Assembly: GCA_043812195.1 (NCBI GenBank)
Contig: JBDRML010000001.1
Coordinates: forward strand, 3,857 to 67,856
DNA from: Candidatus Woesearchaeota archaeon
Lineage (GTDB): Archaea > Nanobdellota > Nanobdellia > SCGC-AAA011-G17 > PNOQ01
Direction: 5' to 3'
Length of the DNA: 64,000 nt
The translations under genes and the position numbers were made by a program. Under the pieces are notes generated by a model. It saw only the letters and a program-made list of their open reading frames with translations. It did no database searches and was not told where the DNA came from. Shown here piece after piece: positions 29,098-37,868 of this stretch (the stretch's first letter is position 1; each line of letters starts with the position of its first letter).

Positions 29098-29336
29098 ATG
29101 TTATATTTGATCCTATTTTTAAAAAGAAATTTATGAAAATAAAAGATAAACAATCAAAAAATAAGATAATAAAACAAATCCAAAAAATAAAAGAAAACAC
29201 AGAGATTGGAAAACCAATGAAATATAGCAGAAAAGGCAGTCGAGAACTTTATGTTTTTCCATTTAGACTATCTTATATGATTAAAAGTAGCGAATTAATT
29301 TATATTTTAGACATTTATCATAAAGATGAACAATGA
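29091..29336 (+). CDS. RelE/ParE-family toxin
   Basis: 81 aa; ...RELYVFPFRLSYMIKSSELIYILDIYHKDE resembles the RelE/ParE C-terminal pattern; a 7-nt overlap with the antitoxin gives a typical type II TA operon. Confidence 0.55.
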   Translation: MVNVIFDPIFKKKFMKIKDKQSKNKIIKQIQKIKENTEIGKPMKYSRKGSRELYVFPFRLSYMIKSSELIYILDIYHKDEQ

Positions 29337-29397
29337 TAAAGATTTATTTACTATTCTCAAAACCAACATAGATTCTAAATATTAATTTTTATAATAA

Positions 29398-29428
29398 GTA
29401 AGCGAAAGGTTTCTCGCGTCCTCTTAGA
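29398..29428 (+). repeat. palindromic cassette-boundary repeat, copy 5
   Basis: GTAAGCGAAAGGTTTCTCGCGTCCTCTTAGAAAG. Confidence 0.8.
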
Positions 29429-29469
29429 AAGCTTTTTAAGCTTTTTTTAAACTCTATAAAAAGGGTAAG

Positions 29470-29477
29470 GAGGAATT
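29470..29477 (+). promoter_or_regulatory. Shine-Dalgarno-like aaggagga upstream of 29482
   Basis: taaggaggaatttaaaATG. Confidence 0.4.
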
Positions 29478-29481
29478 TAAA

Positions 29482-29949
29482 ATGAATGGAATACAAAAAG
29501 GATTAGCAACATTAGCTACTGTAGGAACATTAGGATTAGGTTTGAGTTGTGGTAAACCAACTAAACCAAGAGATACAAACAGCGGCAATAATAATACTAG
29601 TTATACTTTAGACACAAAAATTAAGAAATTAGAAGTAGTACATCGTGGTGGAGGATTGTATTACCTTAACGTTATAGTTGAAGGAACACCACATAATAAA
29701 GTAGACAAATTCCTTGTTTATATTGATAATGAAGATGATAGACATGCATTTGGTGGATCAGATTATACTTTTAGTAATGGAACTGCTTCAGCTCGTATGT
29801 TTATCCACTGTGGAAGTATTGAATATCCATATTATCAAGATGAAACAGCTAGCTGTCCAGGAACACATAATTTTGTAATTGCAGCATATAACATAATGGA
29901 TATAAATGCAGATAAAACACCGGCAAGAAAAACATATAGGATACCTTAA
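29482..29949 (+). CDS. lipoprotein
   Basis: signal peptide plus lipobox LGLSCG. Confidence 0.55.
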   Translation: MNGIQKGLATLATVGTLGLGLSCGKPTKPRDTNSGNNNTSYTLDTKIKKLEVVHRGGGLYYLNVIVEGTPHNKVDKFLVYIDNEDDRHAFGGSDYTFSNGTASARMFIHCGSIEYPYYQDETASCPGTHNFVIAAYNIMDINADKTPARKTYRIP

Positions 29950-29996
29950 AAATCTTGAGTTCAAACTGGAAATTATAACTGTGATGACTGAAATTG
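29950..29996 (+). pseudogene. remnant 3' end of a Cys-rich precursor-peptide gene
   Basis: aactgtgatgacTgaaattgtagtgattaaatat versus the intact gattgtgatgacGgaaattgtagtgattaaatat at 44145-44180; a G>T change creates a stop. Confidence 0.5.
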
Positions 29997-30153
29997 TAGT
30001 GATTAAATATAGATTAAAGCCAACTAAAGATAAAAGATTAAAATCCAATTTTATTAGAAAATTAAATAGTTATTTGAATAGATTGGAAAGATAGTAAGTA
30101 ACATACATTCAATTTAATAAAATTTTTATATTATACAAAATTCATCTTTTCAT

Positions 30154-30345
30154 ATGACAGATAAGAAAATAGAAGATATACTTTCTGAATGCGAATATTG
30201 TGAAAAAAAAGAAGCTAGAGAAATAAAAAGAGAATGGAAAGAGTTAATTTCACCATATTATACAGAGCTTGTGGCAGATTATGAATGCAAATCCTGCGGT
30301 AAAAACTATTCAAGAATTCTAAAAAGGGATATGCGCTATAAATAA
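30154..30345 (+). CDS. small zinc-ribbon protein
   Basis: CEYC...CKSC. Confidence 0.45.
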   Translation: MTDKKIEDILSECEYCEKKEAREIKREWKELISPYYTELVADYECKSCGKNYSRILKRDMRYK

Positions 30346-30390
30346 GCCCAAAAAAATCCCAACCTTTAAAAAACCAACCAATCTCAAAGT

Positions 30391-33300
30391 ATGATGGACT
30401 GGAGTTTATTCAATAAAAAAGAGTATTTAGAACCTTTAGTATTTTCTAATGGAAAATCACAATTAGATGTTGTTAAAGAAGTAATACAAGCAATTAAAGA
30501 AGGACATAAGATAATTTTCATAAAAGGTATCTGTGGCACAGGTAAATGTCTAGAAAGAGATTCCAGCGTATTTTGTAAACCAAATAATGAAAATCATTTT
30601 AGTTATCATAAAATTTCGGAGTTAGTTGGGAAGGGAGGAGATATTTTAGCTCTTGATAGAATGGGAAAAATCACAGAGTCTAAGTTTAAAAATGTGAGAA
30701 ATACTGGTATTAAAAAATTATACAAGATAAAAACAAGAACTGGAAGAGAAATAGTTGCTTCAGCAAATCATCCATTACTTACTATAACAAAAGAAGGGAT
30801 AGAATGGCTGCCCTTAGAAAAACTAAATAATTATTCCTATATTTGTCTTCCAAATAAAATTTCTTTTGGAAGAGAATTAGATTATGATAATGATAAGATT
30901 AAAATTCTTGCCCATTTAATTGCAGAAGGTAAATTAGGGGACAAGGCTGGGTCTCCAATTTATTTTCAAAGTCCAAGTAAAAACCCAGAAATAAGAAAAG
31001 ATTATATCTCTTCATTAAGAAGAGCATTCCCAGATGGAGAAATAAAAAGCTATTGTGAAAAAGATGTTGCTATTGTTTTTAGAAATATGAACACAACTAA
31101 AGGAGCCACAAACAAACTAAGACTTTTCATTAGGGAGCATGGGTTGGATAAAAAAAAGTCCAGCCAAAAATTTATACCCAAAATAATATTTAATTTAAAA
31201 AAAGAAAAAATTTCTTTATTTTTAAGTAGATTGTTTTCTTGTGATGGAAGTATCTATCAAAAAAAGAAGGATGGCCAAATAACTATTGAATATTCTTCTA
31301 TCTCAAAAAGATTAATTCAAGACGTTTCTCTTTTACTTCAAAGATTTGGGATCCAACATACAATTACTTCGAAAAAATTTAAAGAAAATAAAGAATATGC
31401 TTGGATAATTTGTATTTCAAATCACAACTCTCTTAGAAAATACATAGATGAAATTGGCTTTGTTGGTAGAAAACAAAGATTAGCTTTGAAATTATACAAC
31501 AAACTAAAAATACATAAATTTACCAATATTGATAAAGTTCCAAGAGTCATACGTGAATATTTAAAAAAGAAGGGATATAACTATACTGAACTCGATAGAT
31601 TTTTAAATTACGAAAAAATTGAAGAATCTAGAAAGAAAAAAAGTTTTAAACAGATAAGAAAAGATAAATCAATAGAAACTCCTTTTGTATTTAATCAACA
31701 AAAAATTGATTTTTTAAGAAGCCATATTAAAAAAATAAATAATTATATCAAAGATGACACTCTTTCTTTTATTTGCAATGAAGATATCTTTTGGGATAAA
31801 GTAAAATCAATTGAATATATAAAAAAAGATGAAACTTATGATTTAGAAGTTCCAAAAAATCACAATTTTATTGCGAATGGAATCATTGTTCATAATTCTG
31901 CCATTGCATTAAATATAGCTAAAGAAATCGGTAAAACATCTATTGTAGTCCCAGTTAAACCATTGCAAAAACAATACGAAGAAGATTACACAGATAAAAT
32001 GTATGTTCTAAAAAAAGATGGTAAAAAATTAAAAATAGCCATTATTGATGGAAGAAACAACCATAGATGTATCTTTAAATCAAATTGCATGGCAGATGAC
32101 AGATATATTCCATGTACTATTGAAATAAAAGAAGATAACCTTAACTTACTAAAAGAATACCTACACCAAAATAAATTTGTAAACACCAAAGGCTTCAAAA
32201 AATTAAAAGACATCAGAAGAAAATCCATAGCACCTGCATGCCCTTATTGGTCTCCAATTTTACACAAAGATATGTTTGAACAAGATTATAGCATAGAAGA
32301 CGCAGAAGAAATAAATTATCAAGGTCTTCAAAACAAAACATTCACTTATTTCCAAAGAGAAAAAGGCTGCAAGTATTACAACCAATTCTTAAATTACCTT
32401 AATTCAGATGTTATTGTATTTAATAGTAAGAAATACGAACTTGAAAATTTAATGGATAGAAAACCAGCAACAGAAATAGAAATAATAGATGAATGTGATG
32501 AATTTTTAGATAATCTTGCAAATGAAAAAAAAATAAACCTAGATAGACTATCACTGGTGCTTTCAAATGTAAAAACTAAAGATTTCGATTTAAAAGAAAT
32601 AACAATAGAAATTAACGATTTAGTTCTTGAATTATTAAATGATAAAAAAATCTCTGAAAAAGAAATATTTCCAATCAAAAAAACTAAAATCTATCCATTA
32701 TTAAAACATTTCACATCAAATGCAGGATTAATCGATTTAGAAGAAGAAGAAACAGATTATTTATACAATGTATATCAAACAGGAAAATCTTTTGAAGATT
32801 ACTTTGATGAAACCTATGTAACATTTTATAGAAATGATAGAAATGAATTATTAGTTAATATAATTACAGTAGATCTTGAAAAAAAATTAAAAGAGTTCTT
32901 AGATAAAAATAAGGCTTTTGTAATGATGAGCGGAACTATCCATTCTGAAATGATATTAAAAGAAGTTTTCGGAATTAAAGATTTTAAGATAATAGAAGCA
33001 GAAGTAAATCCAATTGGCAAAATCAAAAAAATAAGAACAAAATTAGAAAAATGTTTTGATTATCAAACTTTAAAACAAAATGGAGCTAGAGAAGCATACT
33101 TAGATGCTCTTTCTAGAGCTGTAGAAGTAGCTGAAAAACCGGTTTTGGTTCATGTGAATGCATTTAAGGATTTGCCATCTAAGGAAGAGTGTTTACGGTT
33201 TAATATTTCAAATTTGAAAACCAAAGAAGAGCTTATGATCGAACAAAATGAATATAGGCGTGGTGAATTAGTCAAAAAATTTAAAGATAAGGAAATTGAA

Positions 33301-33576
33301 GTTCTTTTTTCAACTAAATGTAATAGGGGCGTAGATTTTCCAGGTGAAATTTGTAATAGTATTATATTCACAAAATATCCATATCCTAATGTAAGTTCTT
33401 TATTTTGGCAAATATTAAAGAAAAGTAAGCCTGAATATTATAGTATGTTCTATAAAGATAAAGCTGAAAGAGAATTCTTGCAGAGAGTTTACAGGGGTCT
33501 TAGGTCAGAAAAAGATCATATAAACATTTTAAGCCCGGATATTAGGATTTTGAATTCCATTGGGTTGGTTAAGTGA
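30391..33576 (+). CDS. XPD/Rad3 (DinG)-like Fe-S SF2 DNA helicase, intein-containing
   Basis: Walker A GICGTGK|...|S is interrupted by an intein; 4-Cys cluster (HRC, SNC, IPC, PAC); DEAH-like IIDECDEF; C-terminal RGVDFPG helicase motif. Confidence 0.7.
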   Translation: MMDWSLFNKKEYLEPLVFSNGKSQLDVVKEVIQAIKEGHKIIFIKGICGTGKCLERDSSVFCKPNNENHFSYHKISELVGKGGDILALDRMGKITESKFKNVRNTGIKKLYKIKTRTGREIVASANHPLLTITKEGIEWLPLEKLNNYSYICLPNKISFGRELDYDNDKIKILAHLIAEGKLGDKAGSPIYFQSPSKNPEIRKDYISSLRRAFPDGEIKSYCEKDVAIVFRNMNTTKGATNKLRLFIREHGLDKKKSSQKFIPKIIFNLKKEKISLFLSRLFSCDGSIYQKKKDGQITIEYSSISKRLIQDVSLLLQRFGIQHTITSKKFKENKEYAWIICISNHNSLRKYIDEIGFVGRKQRLALKLYNKLKIHKFTNIDKVPRVIREYLKKKGYNYTELDRFLNYEKIEESRKKKSFKQIRKDKSIETPFVFNQQKIDFLRSHIKKINNYIKDDTLSFICNEDIFWDKVKSIEYIKKDETYDLEVPKNHNFIANGIIVHNSAIALNIAKEIGKTSIVVPVKPLQKQYEEDYTDKMYVLKKDGKKLKIAIIDGRNNHRCIFKSNCMADDRYIPCTIEIKEDNLNLLKEYLHQNKFVNTKGFKKLKDIRRKSIAPACPYWSPILHKDMFEQDYSIEDAEEINYQGLQNKTFTYFQREKGCKYYNQFLNYLNSDVIVFNSKKYELENLMDRKPATEIEIIDECDEFLDNLANEKKINLDRLSLVLSNVKTKDFDLKEITIEINDLVLELLNDKKISEKEIFPIKKTKIYPLLKHFTSNAGLIDLEEEETDYLYNVYQTGKSFEDYFDETYVTFYRNDRNELLVNIITVDLEKKLKEFLDKNKAFVMMSGTIHSEMILKEVFGIKDFKIIEAEVNPIGKIKKIRTKLEKCFDYQTLKQNGAREAYLDALSRAVEVAEKPVLVHVNAFKDLPSKEECLRFNISNLKTKEELMIEQNEYRRGELVKKFKDKEIEVLFSTKCNRGVDFPGEICNSIIFTKYPYPNVSSLFWQILKKSKPEYYSMFYKDKAEREFLQRVYRGLRSEKDHINILSPDIRILNSIGLVK
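30547..31896 (+). other. intein (450 aa) with LAGLIDADG homing-endonuclease domain, inserted in the helicase P-loop
   Basis: starts with Cys after GTGK, ends ...IIVHN followed by Ser; LAGLIDADG blocks ILAHLIAEGKLGD and LFLSRLFSCDGSIY. Confidence 0.8.
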
Positions 33577-33616
33577 TTTATTTTAGCGAGAGGTGTCTCG
33601 CGCTCTCTTTTAGATA
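33514..33616 (+). repeat. palindromic cassette-boundary repeat, copy 6 (long form; 5' part is the helicase 3' end)
   Basis: core TTAGCGAGAGGTGTCTCGCGCTCTCTTTTAGATAAG at 33583-33616; the upstream 60 bp is shared with copies 7, 12, 13 and 17. Confidence 0.85.
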
Positions 33617-33656
33617 AGTTTTTATATGTTTGGATACTATGCTATGATATATTAAA

Positions 33657-33974
33657 ATGGGAAAAAGAACAACAGAATTTGTTTTGGGACTGCTTGGAGG
33701 AATTTTTGGTTTTGGAACTGCTTTCTTTGGGTTTTTTTTTAGTTTAATTGCTACAGAAATAGGTGGCTCTATCCCTTGGATATTTGCTGGTTCTATAGTT
33801 GCTATTGTTGGGTCTGTATTTGTTAAATCAAAAGCTAAAATCGGAGGGATTATAATGCTCCTAGGTGGGATTACAATACTTATTTCTAGTGGTTTATTTG
33901 GAATATTACCTTTTGTATTATTATTTATAGCTGGTCTTATGGGATTAATTAAGAAGGATGGCAAAAGAAAATGA
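33657..33974 (+). CDS. small Gly-rich membrane protein
   Basis: 3 TM helices; + strand preferred over the overlapping antisense ORF 33578..33964 because of the ATGA coupling to the next gene. Confidence 0.45.
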   Translation: MGKRTTEFVLGLLGGIFGFGTAFFGFFFSLIATEIGGSIPWIFAGSIVAIVGSVFVKSKAKIGGIIMLLGGITILISSGLFGILPFVLLFIAGLMGLIKKDGKRK

Positions 33975-34720
33975 AACTTAATCTTTTAATATTTTTATTT
34001 TTAATTATGGTTGGTTTATTTTTTATAAGTGGTTGTCAACCTAATGTTAATCCTGAAATTAAAGAAGGATGTACTTCAGATAGTTGTATAAGTTCAGAAT
34101 TTATTTCATGCGAACAACAACAAAATGGGATTTATATAGGAATAAATAAAGGTAAAGTTGTTGGAAAATGTGAAGTTGAATGTTTATCAAATGATGACTG
34201 TTTAAGTAATCAAGAATGTGTAGATAGTAAATGTCAGATAATTGAAGAAAGTATAATACAAGGTCCAGGATTTAATAGAGACACTCCATTATCTTTAAAT
34301 ACTCTCGGAGAAATTACAATGGGTTATGAATGGAGTCAGTTAGCAAATATAAAAATAACTATAAGTGGAATTAAGAGGGGAAGTTCTGCATGGTCTATGA
34401 TTGAAGAAGCTAATATGTTTAATGATGAACCCCCTTCTGGAAAAGAATATTTATTAACTAAAATTAAAGTTGAAGTTATAAGTACTTCCGATAATAATGC
34501 ATATGACCTAAGTTCTTATAATTTTGATGCAGTTTCTAGTAGCGGAATTGTTTATGATAAAACTTATGTTGTTGAACCCGAACCTAGTTTCGGCGGAGAA
34601 ATTTACTCTGGAGGCATGAAGGAAGGTTGGAAAACTTTTGAAGTAAATGTCGGAGATACAACACCTTTATTGAGAGTAAGTGGTGCTAATGATAAAGATT
34701 TGTGGTTTAAACTTTATTAA
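33971..34720 (+). CDS. lipoprotein
   Basis: lipobox FISGC; Cys-rich N-terminal region. Confidence 0.55.
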   Translation: MKLNLLIFLFLIMVGLFFISGCQPNVNPEIKEGCTSDSCISSEFISCEQQQNGIYIGINKGKVVGKCEVECLSNDDCLSNQECVDSKCQIIEESIIQGPGFNRDTPLSLNTLGEITMGYEWSQLANIKITISGIKRGSSAWSMIEEANMFNDEPPSGKEYLLTKIKVEVISTSDNNAYDLSSYNFDAVSSSGIVYDKTYVVEPEPSFGGEIYSGGMKEGWKTFEVNVGDTTPLLRVSGANDKDLWFKLY

Positions 34721-34810
34721 AATTAAAAAGAAAAAAAAGAATCATTTTCTATAGCCCTAACTGTTCATAATATTGTGAGTTCCTCCTGGGGCTTCGAACA
34801 AAATTAAAAA

Positions 34811-34908
34811 GATAATATAAATATTTTAAGTCCAGATATTAGGATTTTGAATTCTATTGGATTGGTTAAGTAAGCGAAATGTGTCTAGCGCTCTCTTTTA
34901 GATAATCT
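34811..34908 (+). repeat. palindromic cassette-boundary repeat, copy 7 (long form, intergenic)
   Basis: gataatataaatattttaagtccagatattaggattttgaattctattggattggttaagtaagcgaaatgtgtctagcgctctcttttagataatc. Confidence 0.85.
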
Positions 34909-34936
34909 ATATAAATCAAATTAAATAATTTATTTT

Positions 34937-35377
34937 ATGACCCCAAAATACCTATGGCATGGCTCCACAAAAAAAGTTAATATCATTAAACCTTCAAAAG
35001 CCATAGATTTATCTAAACATCCAGATAGTAATAGAAAAGGAGTCTATGCTACCGATTTAAAAGAGCTTGCAATAGAATTTGGTTTAGCAGATAAAAAATT
35101 ACATAAATATGCAGATTATAGTAAAAAACCAGTTCAAATTGTACTTATAGAAGGAGATATAAGAAAAGGCAAGAAATTTTATTTATATAAACTTAAAAAT
35201 AAAGGATTCAAAGAAATGCCCAAAAAATCACATCAATGGGTATCTTTCAAAGAAATAAAACCATTAAAAATTGAAGAATTAAATGTTGATGATTATTTAC
35301 ATTTGATTAGAAAAGCAAATAAAAAAGATAAAGAGTATTATTTTAGTCTTATAGGAAAGTTTAAAAAAGTTAAGTAA
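34937..35377 (+). CDS. hypothetical protein
   Basis: ORF track; the cassette ends at repeat copy 8. Confidence 0.4.
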   Translation: MTPKYLWHGSTKKVNIIKPSKAIDLSKHPDSNRKGVYATDLKELAIEFGLADKKLHKYADYSKKPVQIVLIEGDIRKGKKFYLYKLKNKGFKEMPKKSHQWVSFKEIKPLKIEELNVDDYLHLIRKANKKDKEYYFSLIGKFKKVK

Positions 35378-35410
35378 GCGAGAGGTGTCTCGCGCTCTCT
35401 TTAGTAAGCT
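35374..35410 (+). repeat. palindromic cassette-boundary repeat, copy 8
   Basis: GTAAGCGAGAGGTGTCTCGCGCTCTCTTTAGTAAGC overlapping the stop codon. Confidence 0.85.
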
Positions 35411-35522
35411 TTTTAAGTTCTTCTAGATTTCCAATTTCATGCAAAGAAAAAGACGGTTTGATAAGATAGACATATGCATAATATCTACAATTTATGCTGG
35501 GAGTAGATTTTATATGTAAAAA

Positions 35523-36881
35523 ATGATGAAAGAAGACAAACCAAAAAAGTTCGGCCTTAAATCGCCATTAAATGCTCAGTTTGAACTTACTTTTGCATGC
35601 CCCAGCCTATGTTCACATTGCTATAATTATTGGAGATATTTAGAAGAAAAAGAAATGGTCAAAATTGAAAAAGAACTTGGCCCACACCATTTTTTAAGTA
35701 TTGCAGATAAGATAGCAGAAGCAGAAATTTTTTCTATAACGCTTACTGGGGGAGAACCTTTATTAAGAAGAGATATTCTTTATGGTGTAATAGAAAGATT
35801 AAATTCTAAAAATGTTGAAACCAACATTAATTCAAATTTAATGTTAATTACGGATGAAGATTTGGCTAGAATGGAAAGCTTACAAGTAGGGGGGTTTCTC
35901 ACTTCATTCCACACATATGATGAAGAAAAATTTGATAAAATTTCTAATTTAAATGGAGCATTTAGAAAAACAATTAGAGGGATAAGTTTGGTAAGGAGAA
36001 ATAAAAGAAATCCAAGCACGAATATGGTTGTTTCTCAAATAAATAAGGGAGATGTGTACCAAACTGGAAAATTTTTATATAGCAACTTTGGAATAAAACG
36101 TTTTAGTGCTACACCTATTAATCCCTGTACAAATGCAAAAGCTCATCTTGATATGAGATTAAGCAAAGAAGAAACCATAGAAACACTAGAGGATTTAGTA
36201 AGGTTAGAGCAAGATTTAGGAATCTCTACCGAAGTTCTTGAACCAATTCCTTATTGTTTAATTTATGATAATCCAAGCTTTGAGAAGTTTATGAAAAAAA
36301 CTTGTACAGCAGGCAAATCAACAATTGCAATAGACCCCACAGCAAATGTTAGAGCATGCATACATCTAACAAAAAATTATGGTTCTTTATTAGAAGAAAG
36401 TTTAGAAGATATCTGGGGTAGAATGGCAGAGTGGAGGCAAAGTGGATATTACCCTGATGAATGCAAATCTTGTTCTGTAATAGATAAGTGCAAAGGAGCC
36501 TGTAGATCTGAAGCAGAATCTGTTTATGGAGACATAACCTCCAGACCACCCCTGATGACATCTCCTCTAGATACAAAATTAGAATCGACACACCAAAATA
36601 CAGAAATTTCACTAAAAGGATTTGATAATAGTTATTTAACTACTAATAATGTAAGATATAGGAAAGAACATGGGGGGTATATATTATTTTCACCATCAAA
36701 AAAGTATTTATTTTTAAACCAAGGAGAATTTGAAGCATTAACAGAATTAACTGAAAAACAAACATTTAAATTATCTGATCTATTACCAAATACAGATCAA
36801 AACGACCACAAAATCACCAATTTTTTAAAAAAGATGGTTGGAGCAAATATTATTGTTCCTAAGGAGGAAAAAATAAAATGA
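35523..36881 (+). CDS. radical SAM/SPASM-domain peptide-maturase-like enzyme
   Basis: CPSLCSHC (CxxxCxxC) near the N-terminus; C-terminal Cys-rich SPASM-like region (CKSCSVIDKCKGAC). Confidence 0.8.
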   Translation: MMKEDKPKKFGLKSPLNAQFELTFACPSLCSHCYNYWRYLEEKEMVKIEKELGPHHFLSIADKIAEAEIFSITLTGGEPLLRRDILYGVIERLNSKNVETNINSNLMLITDEDLARMESLQVGGFLTSFHTYDEEKFDKISNLNGAFRKTIRGISLVRRNKRNPSTNMVVSQINKGDVYQTGKFLYSNFGIKRFSATPINPCTNAKAHLDMRLSKEETIETLEDLVRLEQDLGISTEVLEPIPYCLIYDNPSFEKFMKKTCTAGKSTIAIDPTANVRACIHLTKNYGSLLEESLEDIWGRMAEWRQSGYYPDECKSCSVIDKCKGACRSEAESVYGDITSRPPLMTSPLDTKLESTHQNTEISLKGFDNSYLTTNNVRYRKEHGGYILFSPSKKYLFLNQGEFEALTELTEKQTFKLSDLLPNTDQNDHKITNFLKKMVGANIIVPKEEKIK

Positions 36882-37099
36882 TACAAGATTTAAAGGAAGT
36901 CATTGCAAACAGTTCAAAAAAGACAGAAAGATTACAAATTATGACTACAAGCGGAGACTTAAAATTAAGTTTATACCAAAAATTATCTAAGACCAATGAC
37001 ATTGAAGGAGCCTACTCAGTTGATTCGTGCACATGTGATTGTGTCTGCGATGGAGACTGTGAAGTGTGTGATTGCGATACCTGTTACACAAGATACTAA
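36878..37099 (+). CDS. Cys-rich precursor peptide (RiPP-like)
   Basis: ATGA overlap with the rSAM gene; leader with conserved SKTNDIEG; core DSCTCDCVCDGDCEVCDCDTCYTRY. Confidence 0.6.
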   Translation: MIQDLKEVIANSSKKTERLQIMTTSGDLKLSLYQKLSKTNDIEGAYSVDSCTCDCVCDGDCEVCDCDTCYTRY

Positions 37100-37113
37100 C
37101 AACCTAACTAATT

Positions 37114-37809
37114 ATGAGCAATAAAAAAGTATATTTTGAAAAAAGCAGAGAAAAAGAAGAAAGAAATTATTATATGATGGCTAATTTTAAATGTGGCCCT
37201 ATTTCTCGTGGTAATTTTTTTGATGAAGAATTTACTAAAAAAATAAAAAATAAAAAATTCGAAGACGTAAGAGATATAATAAAACAAAAAATAAAAAAAG
37301 ATTACGAATCGCTGACATTCGATTTAGATGGGTTTCTTAGAAATGCTAAAAAAGAATGGAGCAAGGTCGAAGAAGAATATCTTAAAAAATTAGAAAAGAT
37401 TATGCAAAAGCCATTTTTAGCCAACAAAGTAATTTGCTACTCAACAATTCTCCCAAGATGCAATTATTGGTATAAACTGCCTTGTCCATGGTTTAAGCTT
37501 AGTATCCTCTATCCTAAAAAAAAATGGAACCAGGTGTGTATGCACGAAATAATGCATTTTATGTTCCATTGGCACTACTGGGATTCCTGTAGAAAACATT
37601 TAAATGAAGAGAAAACTTGGCACTTAAAAGAAGCATTAACATTTATACTCAATGAAGAATTTTCAGATTTATTAAAAGAAAAAGATATTGGATATCCTCC
37701 ACATCAAGAATTAAGAAAGAAATTACTTAAGATTTGGAAAAAAGATAAGGATTTTAAAAGTTTTTTAGATAAAAGTATCAAAGTTATGAAAATGTGGAAA
37801 ATTGAGTAA
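37114..37809 (+). CDS. HExxH-motif protein (putative metallopeptidase)
   Basis: HEIMHFMFHWH; occupies the same position as the HExxH gene in the paralogous module at 44180. Confidence 0.45.
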   Translation: MSNKKVYFEKSREKEERNYYMMANFKCGPISRGNFFDEEFTKKIKNKKFEDVRDIIKQKIKKDYESLTFDLDGFLRNAKKEWSKVEEEYLKKLEKIMQKPFLANKVICYSTILPRCNYWYKLPCPWFKLSILYPKKKWNQVCMHEIMHFMFHWHYWDSCRKHLNEEKTWHLKEALTFILNEEFSDLLKEKDIGYPPHQELRKKLLKIWKKDKDFKSFLDKSIKVMKMWKIE

Positions 37810-37835
37810 GCGAGAGGTTTCTCGCGCTCTCTGAA
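37806..37835 (+). repeat. palindromic cassette-boundary repeat, copy 9
   Basis: GTAAGCGAGAGGTTTCTCGCGCTCTCTGAAAAG overlapping the stop codon. Confidence 0.85.
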
Positions 37836-37868
37836 AAGATTTATAAAAATGAATATCCTACCAAAAAT

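Noticed and set aside
28725-29153. Track ORF on the minus strand spanning the TA cassette
   Set aside because: It contains the reverse reading of repeat copy 4 (RRARDTSRLL) and is antisense to the well-supported AbrB/RelE pair.
29906-30094. 62-aa ORF
   Set aside because: It covers the decayed precursor-peptide remnant in a different frame. The homology to 44145-44180 indicates the remnant, not this ORF, explains the sequence.
33514-33616. An integron attC assignment for the long-form repeat
   Set aside because: An R'-like GTTAAGT is present, but I could not identify the paired R''/L''-L' inverted structure by eye. I therefore kept the description as 'integron-like'. Computational folding is needed.
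33578-33964. Minus-strand ORF overlapping 33657..33974
   Set aside because: The + strand ORF is translationally coupled to the next gene and encodes a plausible Gly-rich TM protein. The minus ORF has a P/I-rich low-complexity translation.
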